Part shown: piece by piece, positions 17,688 through 27,800 of the stretch | Layout: every line of letters begins with the position of its first letter | Position numbering within the stretch: position 1 is the first letter of the stretch | Source of the DNA: Steroidobacteraceae bacterium | GTDB lineage: Bacteria > Pseudomonadota > Gammaproteobacteria > Steroidobacterales > Steroidobacteraceae | DNA: 64,000 bases | NCBI GenBank assembly: GCA_036494725.1 | Contig: DASXNX010000116.1 | Span: 794-64,793, forward strand | Reading direction: 5' to 3' | Notes under the pieces: model-generated | What the model was told of the DNA's origin: nothing | The model's input: the letters and a program-made list of their open reading frames with translations, nothing else | Databases searched by the model: none | Made by a program: the position numbers and the translations under genes

Positions 17688-18980
17688 TTGAATCAAACCG
17701 CTCCTTCCGGCCTGCACTCACTGACTCACCGGGTCCGATGGCGGATTTACGGTTTCCTGTTCAGCTTTGCCTTCATCGCCTATTTCCAGCAGAAGGGGCT
17801 GACGGTGGCGGCCGAACGCATCATGCCCGATCTGCACTTTTCGCAAGTGCAGATCGGCTGGCTCGAATCGGCATTCGTCCTGGGCTACGCACTGTTTCAA
17901 TTTCCGGGCGGAGTCCTGGGCCAGCGGCTCGGAGCGCGCCGACTTTTCACCATTATCGGCGCCACAGCCTTTCTCGCCACGGTCTTGACTCCGCTGGCCC
18001 CCGCACTCTTGCAAGGATCCCTGCTTCTGATCGCCATGATCGCCCTGCAATTCATCATGGGCTTGGCTCAAGGACCCATCTTTCCGGTCAGTACGGGCGT
18101 GATGGAAAGCTGGTTTCCGCCGCAACGCTGGCCATTGATCCAAGGACTGCAGTCGAGCGGGTTGCAGCTGGCCGCCGCAGCCACCGCACCGCTGGTGGCA
18201 TACCTGATGAGCACCGTCGGCTGGCAACAAGCGTTGCTCTGGCCTGCGCTGCCCGCGGCCGGGGTGGTCGCGCTGTGGGCCTGGTATGGGCGCAACACAC
18301 CGCGAGAACATCGCGCCGTCTCGGCCGCGGAGATCGCCGAACTAGGTCATTGCCCCGAAGAACAAGCACCCTCTCCGATCACGTGGGCGCGGCTGGCACG
18401 CATCTTCACCGACCGTTCAGTCGTGCTGCTCAGTTTCTCCTATGTATGCATGAACTATGTGTTCTACCTTATCTCCAATTGGTGTTTTCTCTACCTGGTA
18501 CAGGAACGCCATTTCAATGTGCTGGAAAGCGGCCTGCTGTCGATGCTGCCGCCGCTGGGAGCCGCGCTCGGTGCCGGGATCGGAGGCATATTGGTGACGG
18601 GCGCGTGCAAGCGTCTCGGCCTGCGCTGGGGATACCGCGCGGTGCCGCTGTTCGCACTGCCGACGGCCGGACTGCTGCTGCTCTTGGTGGTGAATCTTTC
18701 CAACGCCTACCTGGCGCTTGCCATGCTGACGCTGGCTTATCTAGTGGTGGAACTCACAGAGGCGGCGTACTGGGGCGGCACCATGGTGGTGGCGCGGACC
18801 GACAGCATGGTGGCGAGCGGCGTGCTCAACACCGGCGGAAACATCGGCGGGCTCATCGGCATTCCCATCGTCGCCTATTTATCGGGCGGCGGTCACTGGA
18901 GCGCGGCATTCGCGCTCGGCGCCTTATTCGCACTGATCGGAACGCTGCTGTGGTTCGGCATCGATGCCGATCGCACATGA
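17688..18980 (+). CDS. MFS transporter
   Basis: 12-TM pattern with MFS motif GVLGQRLGARRLF. The only in-frame start before TM1 and after the Rieske stop is TTG 17688. The longer track ORF overlaps the Rieske gene. Confidence 0.8.
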   Translation: MNQTAPSGLHSLTHRVRWRIYGFLFSFAFIAYFQQKGLTVAAERIMPDLHFSQVQIGWLESAFVLGYALFQFPGGVLGQRLGARRLFTIIGATAFLATVLTPLAPALLQGSLLLIAMIALQFIMGLAQGPIFPVSTGVMESWFPPQRWPLIQGLQSSGLQLAAAATAPLVAYLMSTVGWQQALLWPALPAAGVVALWAWYGRNTPREHRAVSAAEIAELGHCPEEQAPSPITWARLARIFTDRSVVLLSFSYVCMNYVFYLISNWCFLYLVQERHFNVLESGLLSMLPPLGAALGAGIGGILVTGACKRLGLRWGYRAVPLFALPTAGLLLLLVVNLSNAYLALAMLTLAYLVVELTEAAYWGGTMVVARTDSMVASGVLNTGGNIGGLIGIPIVAYLSGGGHWSAAFALGALFALIGTLLWFGIDADRT

Positions 18981-19055
18981 TTCCGCACTCAAGCCGGAAA
19001 TGGGACGCCCTATGTCGGGACGCGCCGATCAGGATTCGGGGCGGCATTGCCGGTC

Positions 19056-19436
19056 CTATTTAGAAACGGCTATGTTATTCACAACTTGCGTAACCCCTGG
19101 CGTTTGCAGAGCGACCGATTCGGCCTCGGCGCGCTCCTGTCCCACGGAGACAATCCCATTCAGATAGACCACATGATTGATTGTCTGCACTTGCAGGGGA
19201 CCCGAACCTTCCAATTCCGAACGCTGTTGCAGGTTCGTTCGAACATCCGTCGCGATCTTTGTATCGGCAGAACATCCGGCGGATTGGCACATATCGAAGG
19301 ACTCATCAAATGTCGCGCAGCCGGAAAGCGCGCTCATTAATAGAAGAGCGCAGGCCGGCGCGAAGCGCTTGCTGGACGTAGCCGGATTCGCGGCGGGTTG
19401 AAAATCATTCCTCTCATTTAGCATCACGGAACTCAT
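19056..19436 (-). CDS. BON-domain lipoprotein
   Basis: Lipobox LSGC. BON-like C-terminus LQVQTINHVVYLNGIVSVGQERAEAESVALQTPGVTQVVNNIAV. Start at the ATG preceded by AGGAGA (19436). Confidence 0.8.
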   Translation of the reverse strand: MSSVMLNERNDFQPAANPATSSKRFAPACALLLMSALSGCATFDESFDMCQSAGCSADTKIATDVRTNLQQRSELEGSGPLQVQTINHVVYLNGIVSVGQERAEAESVALQTPGVTQVVNNIAVSK

Positions 19437-19650
19437 GGTTGTTCTCCTCATGACTGATCAAAAAAGCGATTCTTCTTGCACGGTGAGAATGTTGATGGTT
19501 GCGCGTTGCACTCGCGTTTCGACACATGGCGCTAGAATTTCAGGTGTAACGGGGCAGAGGCATCTCTTCGGATCAGCCGCGAAGCGGCTCGTTACAGTTG
19601 TAACGAAAGAGTCCAGGTGCGTAACACGGAAGAACCTCTCCTCCTGCAGT

Positions 19651-20022
19651 ATGCGATCGATGCCGAACATAGTTCTGTATGAAGGAGACTTTCTCATGCG
19701 AGACCTGCTGCGGGAGTGGTTGAGCGAGGCCGGGTACCGTGTGCGCCTTGCCAGGCTGGGAGATGCGCAATCCGACGGCGAGATCGACCTCGTGATCGCA
19801 AGCATCTACATGCCAAAACTTGCCGGAGCTCAATTCCTGCGCGACATACGCGCCATGCATCCGCACACGCCGATAATAGCGATTTCAGGTCAATTCCGTT
19901 CCGGGCTTTGCCAGGCCGGCGCAACCGCACAGGCGCTCGGGGTACAGCAGATCATCGCAAAACCGCTGATCCGAAGCGATCTTCTGGAGTCGGTGCGCGC
20001 TATGATTGGCCCTTCGGGTTAA
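19651..20022 (+). CDS. Stand-alone receiver-domain protein lacking the phospho-acceptor Asp (aspartate-less receiver)
   Basis: CheY-like fold markers PIIAISG (T/S87) and IIAKPL (K109). The D57 position reads DLVIASIYMPKLAG (Ser where Asp is expected). Start is ATG 19651 or 19660. The 3' end overlaps the longest ORF of the kinase. Confidence 0.7.
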   Translation: MRSMPNIVLYEGDFLMRDLLREWLSEAGYRVRLARLGDAQSDGEIDLVIASIYMPKLAGAQFLRDIRAMHPHTPIIAISGQFRSGLCQAGATAQALGVQQIIAKPLIRSDLLESVRAMIGPSG

Positions 20023-20041
20023 TGCGCACACTCGGTGCCGA

Positions 20042-22567
20042 ATGCCGTCAACTGACTCTTCTTTCTCCGACAGCGACTCGATTCGCTTCAGGCGCTTGCG
20101 GCTCGGCGCCCTCACACTCGGGATTCTCGTCATCCTGGCATTTGCGGTCTCGTCAATCTACGACGCCTGGCGTTCGCATCAGCGCTCGATCGTGATGGCC
20201 GACCGGGAAATCACCAATGTGGCAAACGCACTCGCGGAGCAAACTGCCTGGACGTTTCGAGCCGTTGACCTGCTCCTACTCGACACTGCGCAATGGTACA
20301 GCGGCGAGGGCCGCAATATTCCGCCGGAACGGATCAACGAGATTCTTGAGAACAGGACGGCGGGCGTGAAGCAAGTCAGCCTTGTTACGATCGTTGATGC
20401 CCATGGCGTTCCGCGCCACCGCTCTCACGGAGGCGCGCCCCCGAACCTGGACGTCGCTGATCGCTCCTACTTCATCGCGCAACGTGACAGCGATGCAAAC
20501 GACAGCTTCATGAGCGAGCCGCTCGTTACTCGTTCGGAGAACCGCGCCGCCGTCGTACTGTCGCGTCGACTGAACGACGAGAAGGGGGCGTTCGCCGGCG
20601 TGGTCACCGCAATCGTCGACCTCGACGAGATCAAGGAATTCTATCGGGCCGTCAATTTGGGTGCCGGAAGCGCGATTCAGCTGGTCCGCGAGGATGGAAC
20701 ACTGCTTGCCCGCAATCCATCCGCCCTGGAGGCGGTCGGCCGAAAGTTTCCGGAACTCGCCGCGACGCGGGATTCTTCTACGGGCCCGCTCGTGAACCCT
20801 ATCGACGGCAAGAGCGACTTCATCGCCGTCGCACCGGTTAGGGACACGCCGCTAAGGCTCACTGTGACTCGCGAAACGGCCGTTGCGATGCGCCCGTGGC
20901 GCGACGAGACGAGCCGTATCGCCGCGCGTACGATTGTCATTGCATTGCTGGGAACATGGACGCTGGTCGCGCTATTGCGTCAGATAAGGCGCGTGGCGGC
21001 CGGCGAACGCGCGCTACGCAAGAGCGAGGAGCGCTATGCGCTCGCCATGGAAGGCGCCAACGACGGGCATTGGGACTGGGACGTTGCTGCCGACCGCATT
21101 TTTCTTTCTACGAAAATGAAGACTCTGTACGGCTTGGATGCGGATAGCCAGATCAACACCCGCTCCGCCTGGTTGGCGCAAATCGTCATGCACCCGGACG
21201 ACGTGCCGCATTTCGACACCTCCCTCAGAGATCACTTCTCCGGACGAACACCTCGCTATCAATGCGATTATCGGATCCGCCAACCGAATGGGGAATGGCA
21301 TTGGCTGCGTGCGCGCGGCCGTTGTCTGCGCGACGCGGCAGGTGATCCGATCCGATTCGTGGGCTCATCCAGTGACGTGACCGCTCAGAAGCAGGCGCAA
21401 GCCGACAAAGAACAGTTGGAAGGGCAACTACGACAATCGCAAAAGATGGAAGCGATCGGCACCATGGCCGGCGGCATCGCGCATGACTTCAATAACGTCC
21501 TAGGGGCGATACTGGGCTATGGCGAGCTGGCACAGCAGAATTCCCCCGATGGCAGTCCGTTGCGACGCTATCTTGACAATGTCATGCACGCCGCCGAGCG
21601 CGCAAGATTACTCGTCGAAGGCATCCTCGGGTTCAGCCGCAGCGGACTCGGCGAGCGCGCACCGGTGAACATCCGCTCCGTTGTCAGCGAAACACTCGAG
21701 CTACTGGACGCCTCGCTGCCGGCGCGCATTCGCCTGGAAAGCCGCATCAATGCGGGTGATGCCGCGGTCATCGGCGATGCAACCTATCTGCATCAAGTGG
21801 CAATGAACCTCTGCACCAATGCCATGCAAGCCATGGAGCACGGGGGAGTACTGGGCGTTATTCTGGAGTGCGTCGAAGTGAGCGAATCCCGTACCCTCTC
21901 GAGGGGCTCGCTCACTCCTGGACCTTACGTGCGACTCATTGTTAGCGATACCGGCGCTGGAATCCCGACGGCCGTACTAGAACGGATCTTTGATCCATTC
22001 TTTACCACCAAGAGCATCGGCGAAGGCACGGGTCTTGGACTGTCGGTCGTGCATGGCATCGTCGCCGACCTGGGAGGCGCCATCGGCGTCGCCACCGAGG
22101 CGGGCCGGGGAACGAGATTTGAGATTTGGCTGCCGGTGGCAGGCGAGATTTCCACGCCGGCTTTGGAGGCGGAACGCATGCTGCCCCGCGGCAAGGGCGA
22201 AGCGATTATGATCGTCGATGATGAGCGCGCCCTGGTCGCGCTCGCGGAAGAGATAACCGCTGGTCTTGGCTACGAGCCGGTGGGTTTTGCCTCGAGCAGC
22301 GCGGCGTTGCGGACCTTTAAGGCCGCCCCGCAACGCTTCGATGTCGTTCTCACGGATGAGTCGATGCCGGATCTTACGGGCACAGAACTTGCACGCGAGA
22401 TCAGGCAGATTCGGCCGACTCTTCCGATTATCGTGATGAGCGGCTACGGCGGGTCGCAGCTGGCGAATCGAGCGGCCGAAATTGGCGTGAATGCGGTATT
22501 GCGAAAGCCGCTGCACAACCGTGACCTGGCGGAGTCGCTGGCGCGCATCCTACGGCCGGTGTCATGA
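20042..22567 (+). CDS. Hybrid sensor histidine kinase (TM, extracytoplasmic sensor, TM, PAS/PAC, HisKA, HATPase, receiver)
   Basis: H-box GGIAHDFNNVLGAILGY, N-box LCTNAMQAM, G-boxes DTGAGI and GTGLGLS. PAS/PAC with GEWHWLRARGRCLRD. C-terminal receiver IMIVDDE...VVLTDESMPDLTG...RKPL. Confidence 0.9.
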   Translation: MPSTDSSFSDSDSIRFRRLRLGALTLGILVILAFAVSSIYDAWRSHQRSIVMADREITNVANALAEQTAWTFRAVDLLLLDTAQWYSGEGRNIPPERINEILENRTAGVKQVSLVTIVDAHGVPRHRSHGGAPPNLDVADRSYFIAQRDSDANDSFMSEPLVTRSENRAAVVLSRRLNDEKGAFAGVVTAIVDLDEIKEFYRAVNLGAGSAIQLVREDGTLLARNPSALEAVGRKFPELAATRDSSTGPLVNPIDGKSDFIAVAPVRDTPLRLTVTRETAVAMRPWRDETSRIAARTIVIALLGTWTLVALLRQIRRVAAGERALRKSEERYALAMEGANDGHWDWDVAADRIFLSTKMKTLYGLDADSQINTRSAWLAQIVMHPDDVPHFDTSLRDHFSGRTPRYQCDYRIRQPNGEWHWLRARGRCLRDAAGDPIRFVGSSSDVTAQKQAQADKEQLEGQLRQSQKMEAIGTMAGGIAHDFNNVLGAILGYGELAQQNSPDGSPLRRYLDNVMHAAERARLLVEGILGFSRSGLGERAPVNIRSVVSETLELLDASLPARIRLESRINAGDAAVIGDATYLHQVAMNLCTNAMQAMEHGGVLGVILECVEVSESRTLSRGSLTPGPYVRLIVSDTGAGIPTAVLERIFDPFFTTKSIGEGTGLGLSVVHGIVADLGGAIGVATEAGRGTRFEIWLPVAGEISTPALEAERMLPRGKGEAIMIVDDERALVALAEEITAGLGYEPVGFASSSAALRTFKAAPQRFDVVLTDESMPDLTGTELAREIRQIRPTLPIIVMSGYGGSQLANRAAEIGVNAVLRKPLHNRDLAESLARILRPVS

Positions 22568-23319
22568 CTTCGGTGGAGAAATACATCATGCCAGAGGTCT
22601 TTCAGCCTCATATTCTGGTTATCGATGACGATCCGCAGATCCGCGCGCTATTGCAGGAGTATCTCACGGAGAATGGCATGCGGGTCAGTGTCGCATCCAC
22701 GGGCAAAGAGATGCTGCAGATTCTCGCCGACGAGCCGATTGATCTCATCATTCTGGATTTGCGCCTTGCAGGTGAAGACGGCATGGCAATCACGCGAACT
22801 TTGCGCGACCAATCAGCAATTCCGATCGTCATGCTGACCGGCGTGCGTGACGAAGCAGACCGCGTGATGGGGCTCGAGCTTGGTGCGGACGACTATTTGA
22901 CCAAGCCGTTCAGTCCGCGAGAATTGCTGGCGCGCATCAGAACCGTGCTCCGCAGGGCCAAAAGTGCGGCACACGACTCCGCGAAACGCCACGAAATTCG
23001 CGCGTATCGATTCGCGAACTTCGAACTCAATTTGCGTACGCGCCGGCTCAAGCAACGAGAGGGGCGGAATATCGCCTTGACAAATGGGGAGTTCAATCTG
23101 CTCGCCGCCCTGCTTGCCGCGCCCGAGAGGATCTTGACCCGGGATCAACTCCTCGAGGCAAGCCGCGTATACGACAATGAAGTGTACGACCGCGCGATCG
23201 ATATTCAGGTTCTGCGGCTGCGCCGCAAGATCGAAGTGGACCCGTCCCAACCCAAATTCATCGTTACGGAGCGCGGCGTGGGTTATTTATTTGGATCACC
23301 TGTCGAGACCATTTACTGA
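22564..23319 (+). CDS. OmpR-family DNA-binding response regulator
   Basis: ILVIDDDPQ, DLIILDLRLAGEDG and KPF receiver motifs plus a winged-helix C-terminus (LTNGEFNLLAALL...RGVGYLF). ATGA overlap with the kinase stop. ATG 22588 is an alternative start. Confidence 0.9.
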   Translation: MTSVEKYIMPEVFQPHILVIDDDPQIRALLQEYLTENGMRVSVASTGKEMLQILADEPIDLIILDLRLAGEDGMAITRTLRDQSAIPIVMLTGVRDEADRVMGLELGADDYLTKPFSPRELLARIRTVLRRAKSAAHDSAKRHEIRAYRFANFELNLRTRRLKQREGRNIALTNGEFNLLAALLAAPERILTRDQLLEASRVYDNEVYDRAIDIQVLRLRRKIEVDPSQPKFIVTERGVGYLFGSPVETIY

Positions 23320-23440
23320 CGAAGCGACGATACTCCAGCCCATTTCATCTGAAATCCAAGGTCGGACATTCGGCAACCGGAGAGCAATCCGGCCGACGCA
23401 TTGTGTAGGCGTACTAACCGTCAACATTCGGAGGCACCCA

Positions 23441-24229
23441 ATGGTTAATCATCGATCGTTCGCCGGACTGCTCGCGGCCATCACAATTGCGTCAGCGATG
23501 CCCGCGATTGCTCATGCGCAGAACATCCCCGTCGCCAAGAATGTCGTACTGGTGCATGGCCTGTACGCAGACGGCTCATCTTGGATAGATGTGATTCCCT
23601 ATCTGCAGCGCGCGGGACTGAACGTAACCACCGTACAGAATCCGTTGACCTCTCTGGCGGACGACGTCGCCGCAACTCGCCGCGTCCTAGCGTCGCAAGA
23701 GGGACCGACGGTGTTGGTTGGCCACTCCTTTGCGGGGACCATTATTAGCGAAGCTGGCGACGATCCAAAGGTTTCGGCGCTGGTATATGTGGCGGCCCGC
23801 GCGCCGGATGCCGGCGAGGATTTCGGTGCGCTCGCGGCGAAATTTCCAAAGCCGCCGGCGAGCGCGGGGGTGATTAGGAAGGGGGGCTTTTTTTGGCTCA
23901 GCGAAGAGGCATTTATCGGAGATTTCGCCGGCGATGTTGACCCATCCAGAGCGCGCGCGCTGTACGCGGTTCAAGGACGCGGCGCCGAAGCACTGCCCAC
24001 CACCAAGACCACGACGGCGGCATGGAGAGTCAAACCCACGTGGTATCAAGTATCGACCGAAGACCGTACGATCAATCCGGAACTCGAGCGATTTCTCGCC
24101 AAGCGCATGAAAGCGACGACCATCGAACTGGATTCAAGTCACGTATCGCTGGTGTCTCACCCCAAGGAAATTGCGCAGTTGATTCTGGATGCGGCGGGCT
24201 ACAAGCAAGCGCTAGCAGACCGAAATTGA
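23441..24229 (+). CDS. Exported alpha/beta hydrolase
   Basis: Signal MVNHRSFAGLLAAITIASAMPAIAHA. Nucleophile elbow GHSFAG. RBS GGAGG before ATG 23441. Confidence 0.8.
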   Translation: MVNHRSFAGLLAAITIASAMPAIAHAQNIPVAKNVVLVHGLYADGSSWIDVIPYLQRAGLNVTTVQNPLTSLADDVAATRRVLASQEGPTVLVGHSFAGTIISEAGDDPKVSALVYVAARAPDAGEDFGALAAKFPKPPASAGVIRKGGFFWLSEEAFIGDFAGDVDPSRARALYAVQGRGAEALPTTKTTTAAWRVKPTWYQVSTEDRTINPELERFLAKRMKATTIELDSSHVSLVSHPKEIAQLILDAAGYKQALADRN

Positions 24230-24239
24230 GTCAATTCGG

Positions 24240-24341
24240 TCACGCAGCACGCCGCTCGCCGGCGGGAAGTTTAGGCGGCAAAACGTCTTCCACTTTCACT
24301 GCTTTCCATCCGCCGTAGTTGTGAATTCGCACTGCCTTGAT
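24240..24341 (-). pseudogene. Remnant of the N-terminus of a zinc-ADH/quinone-oxidoreductase (MDR) family gene
   Basis: IKAVRIHNYGGWKAVKVEDVLPPKLPAGE matches the canonical MKAVRIHEYGGPEVLKLEDVP... opening of MDR quinone reductases. The initiator reads ATC and the frame stops after about 33 codons. Confidence 0.45.
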
Positions 24342-24715
24342 GTGTTCATAGCGGCTTCCCCTTTGGCGATCCGGAAGTGCCGGCCCGGCCAATCTCTTCC
24401 TAGCCATCATTTCTTCTGGGAAACGCTCCGTCAACGGCGGACGGATTGATCGGAATGCAGGGGCCCCATTAGAGTTCGTACGGCATTTGCGGCGAGAGAT
24501 TAACCGTCGTCGCTCGACGGCCATCTACCGGCCGGCGGCTTGCGCGACGTGAGCGGAATAGTCCTTTCGCTTCGTGCGGCCGTTGGTCGAGTGAGCCAAC
24601 GTTGCTGTCTCTGCAACTGGAACAATGCGGGCTGGAAGCCGATGGATGGGCACGGCGTAGGACACCGTCCAACTGCTGGTGGCGATGGGCGGCGGCTGAT
24701 GGGATGCCAACCTGA

Positions 24716-24761
24716 ATGTCGCGCGCGACATCGGGACTCCTGCCCCGAATTTCAATTGAAA
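24716..24761. promoter_or_regulatory. Two perfect palindromes upstream of the RND operon (possible operator sites)
   Basis: ATGTCGCGCGCGACAT (24716-24731) and TTTCAATTGAAA (24750-24761), 118-163 nt upstream of the RND start. No regulator gene is adjacent. Confidence 0.25.
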
Positions 24762-24878
24762 CAATGCCGAAATGGTCCCGACTGCCGGCTCGCATATTTT
24801 GGTGATCGTGCTGCTCAAGACGCCAACAACGATGCTGATCCAAATCGACTCGGCGGCCGCTGCCGCTCGGATGTCTCC

Positions 24879-27800
24879 ATGCTTGCAATAGTCAGGCTCG
24901 CACTCAACCGGCCATACACGTTTATCGTCGCGGCGCTGCTGGTTTTTCTTCTGGGCACGCTCGCCGCGCTGCGCATGCCGGTCGATATCTTTCCGAATAT
25001 CAACATCCCCATCATCGGCGTCGCCTTTCAATATCAGGGGCTGCCGCCCGACCAGATGGCAGGGCGTGTTGTCACTCCATTCGAGCGCGCACTCACGACC
25101 ACGGTGAACGACATCGAGCACATTGAGGCGAACTCGTACACCACGTTCGGCATCATCAAGATCTACTTCCACAACGGGGCCAACATCGCCACCGCCAATG
25201 CGCAAGTTACGGCGATCGCACAGACCCTCCTCAAGCAGTTGCCGCCCGGCGAGACGCCGCCGCTTATCTTGAACTACAGCGCCTCCACGGTACCGATCAT
25301 CCAGCTCGCGCTCTCGGGTAAAGGGCTTACGGAACAGAATCTCGCGGATTTGGGCCTCAATTTTGTGCGCACTCGGTTGGTCACAGTGCAAGGCGCCGGA
25401 ATTCCGTATCCCTTCGGGGGCAAAACGCCCCAGGTTATGTACGACCTCGATACGAATGCCATGCAATCGCTCGCCTTGACCGGACAGGACGTCGCCAATG
25501 CGCTCGCCGCCCAGAACCTTCTGACTCCGGCCGGCACTGAGAAAATCGGTGAATACGAATACACCGTCAATCTCAACAACGCTCCCTCCAAGATCTCCGA
25601 GCTGGCCGACTTGCCCATCAAGAACGTGCACGGGACCATGGTATACATGCACGATGTGGCGCAGGTGCACAACGGCAGCGCGGTGCAGACCAACATCGTT
25701 CACGTCGATGGCAATCGCTCGGTTTTATTGAGTGTCTTCAAGAACGGCTCGACCTCGACGCTCGACATAGTGAGCGGCATCAAGAAGATGCTCGCGGTGA
25801 TCAAACCCTCTCTCCCGGATGAGCTCGAGGTCAAAACGATCGGCGATCAGTCCCTGTTCGTGCGCGCATCGATCCAGGGCGTGATCCGCGAAGGCGTGAT
25901 CGCCGCGGCGCTGACAAGTCTCATGATATTGTTGTTCCTCGGCAGCTGGCGCTCGACCCTCATCGTGACGACATCGATTCCGCTTTCGGTGTTAGGTGCC
26001 ATCGGCACGCTCTGGGCGCTCGGCGAAACGCTCAACATCATGACCTTGGGCGGACTCGCGCTCGCGGTCGGCATCCTGGTCGACGAGGCCACCGTGACGA
26101 TCGAGAGCATCAACTATCACCTTGAGCAGGGTAAGCCTGTGGAGCAGTCGATTATCGACGGCGCTTCCCAGATTGTCGTGCCCGCGTTCGTGTCCTTGCT
26201 CTGCATCTGCATCGTGTTCGTGCCGATGTTCTTCCTGAGCGGCGTGGCGCGGTTTCTGTTCGTGCCCATGGCCGAGAGCGTCATGTTCGCGATGGTCTTC
26301 TCGTTTCTTCTCTCGCGAACGCTCGTGCCGACGATGGCCAAGTATCTGCTGCGGGCGCACCCGGGACATGCCCAGAGCCACAGCCACGAGCCGGCCTCTC
26401 GCAACCCGCTGGTCCGCATGCAACAGGGCTTCGAGGCGCGCTTTATGCAGATGCGCGCCGGTTATCACGCTCTGCTCACCCTCGCCATCCAGCATCGTCG
26501 GATTTTCCTTCCCGGTTTCTTGGGATTCGTGCTGGCCTCATTCCTGCTTGCGCCCTTCCTCGGGCGCAATTTCTTTCCGCAAGTCGATGGTGGACAGATC
26601 CTGATGCACGTACGGGCACCGGTGGGCATGCGCATCGAGGAAACCGCTGCGCGCTTTAACGATGTGGAGAAGGCCATCCGCAGCATCATTCCGCCGGCCG
26701 AGACTGGCGCCGTCGTCGATAACATCGGCACCTACCTCTCGTCGATCAATACGGTCTACAACAACACGGGCACCATCAACGAGTCCGATGGAGACATTCA
26801 AATCTCGCTCAACGAGCGGCACGCGCCGACTCCCGAATATGTCAGTCGGCTACGCAGCGAGCTGCCACGACGCTTTCCGGGCCTCACTTTCTCCTTCCTG
26901 CCGGCCGACATCGTGAGCCAGATCCTGAACTTCGGCGCGCCGGCCCCGATCGATCTTCAGGTGCGCGGGAACGATCTCAATGCGGACTTCGCCTACGCCA
27001 ACAAGCTGCTGGCGCAGATCCGTCACGTCACCGGTGTGGCCGATGCGCGTATTCAGCAATCGGCGCAGCTGCCCACTATCAACGTCAACATTGATCGCAC
27101 GCGGGCACAGTACACCGGCGTGACCGCGGCCGACGTGACCAACAGCCTGGTCGTCAACCTCGCGAGTTCCAGTCAGGTCGCGCCGACCTACTGGCTTAAC
27201 CCGAAGAACGGTGTCACCTATCCCATCGCGCTGCAAACCCCCCAATACCAGCTCGACAGCCTCCCCGCTCTGCAAAATCTACCCATCAATGCAACCGGTG
27301 CGCCGACCACGGTGCTCGGCGGCATCGCCGATATCCAGCGCTCTCGCGGCGATGTGGTGGTCTCGCAATACGACATCTCGTCGATGGTCGATATCTTTGC
27401 AACCGTGCAGGGGCGCGATCTCGGCTCCGTCTCTTCCGACATCCGGGGCATCATCGCGCGCAACGACAAAGACAAGCCGAAGGGCTCAATCATCGCCCTG
27501 GTGGGTCAGACTGCGACCATGTACAGCGCTTATTCCGGTCTCCTGTTCGGCCTGCTCGGTGCCGTGGTACTTATCTATTTCCTCATCGTCATCAATTTCC
27601 AATCGTGGACCGATCCGTTCGTCATCATTACGGCATTGCCGGCCGCGCTCGCCGGAATCGTGTGGATGCTGTTTGCGACTCACACCACACTGTCGGTCCC
27701 GGCCTTGACGGGCGCCATCATGTGCATGGGCGTGGCGACCGCCAACAGCGTGCTCGTGATCAGCTTTGCGCGCGAAAAGCTTACCGAGTTCGGCGATGCG

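Noticed and set aside
24469-24888. 139-aa minus-strand ORF, and the 113-codon upstream part of the RND ORF, considered as a possible missing regulator upstream of the efflux operon.
   Set aside because: No HTH or TetR-like pattern and an implausible composition. Only the short MDR reductase remnant (24240-24341) shows recognisable homology logic.
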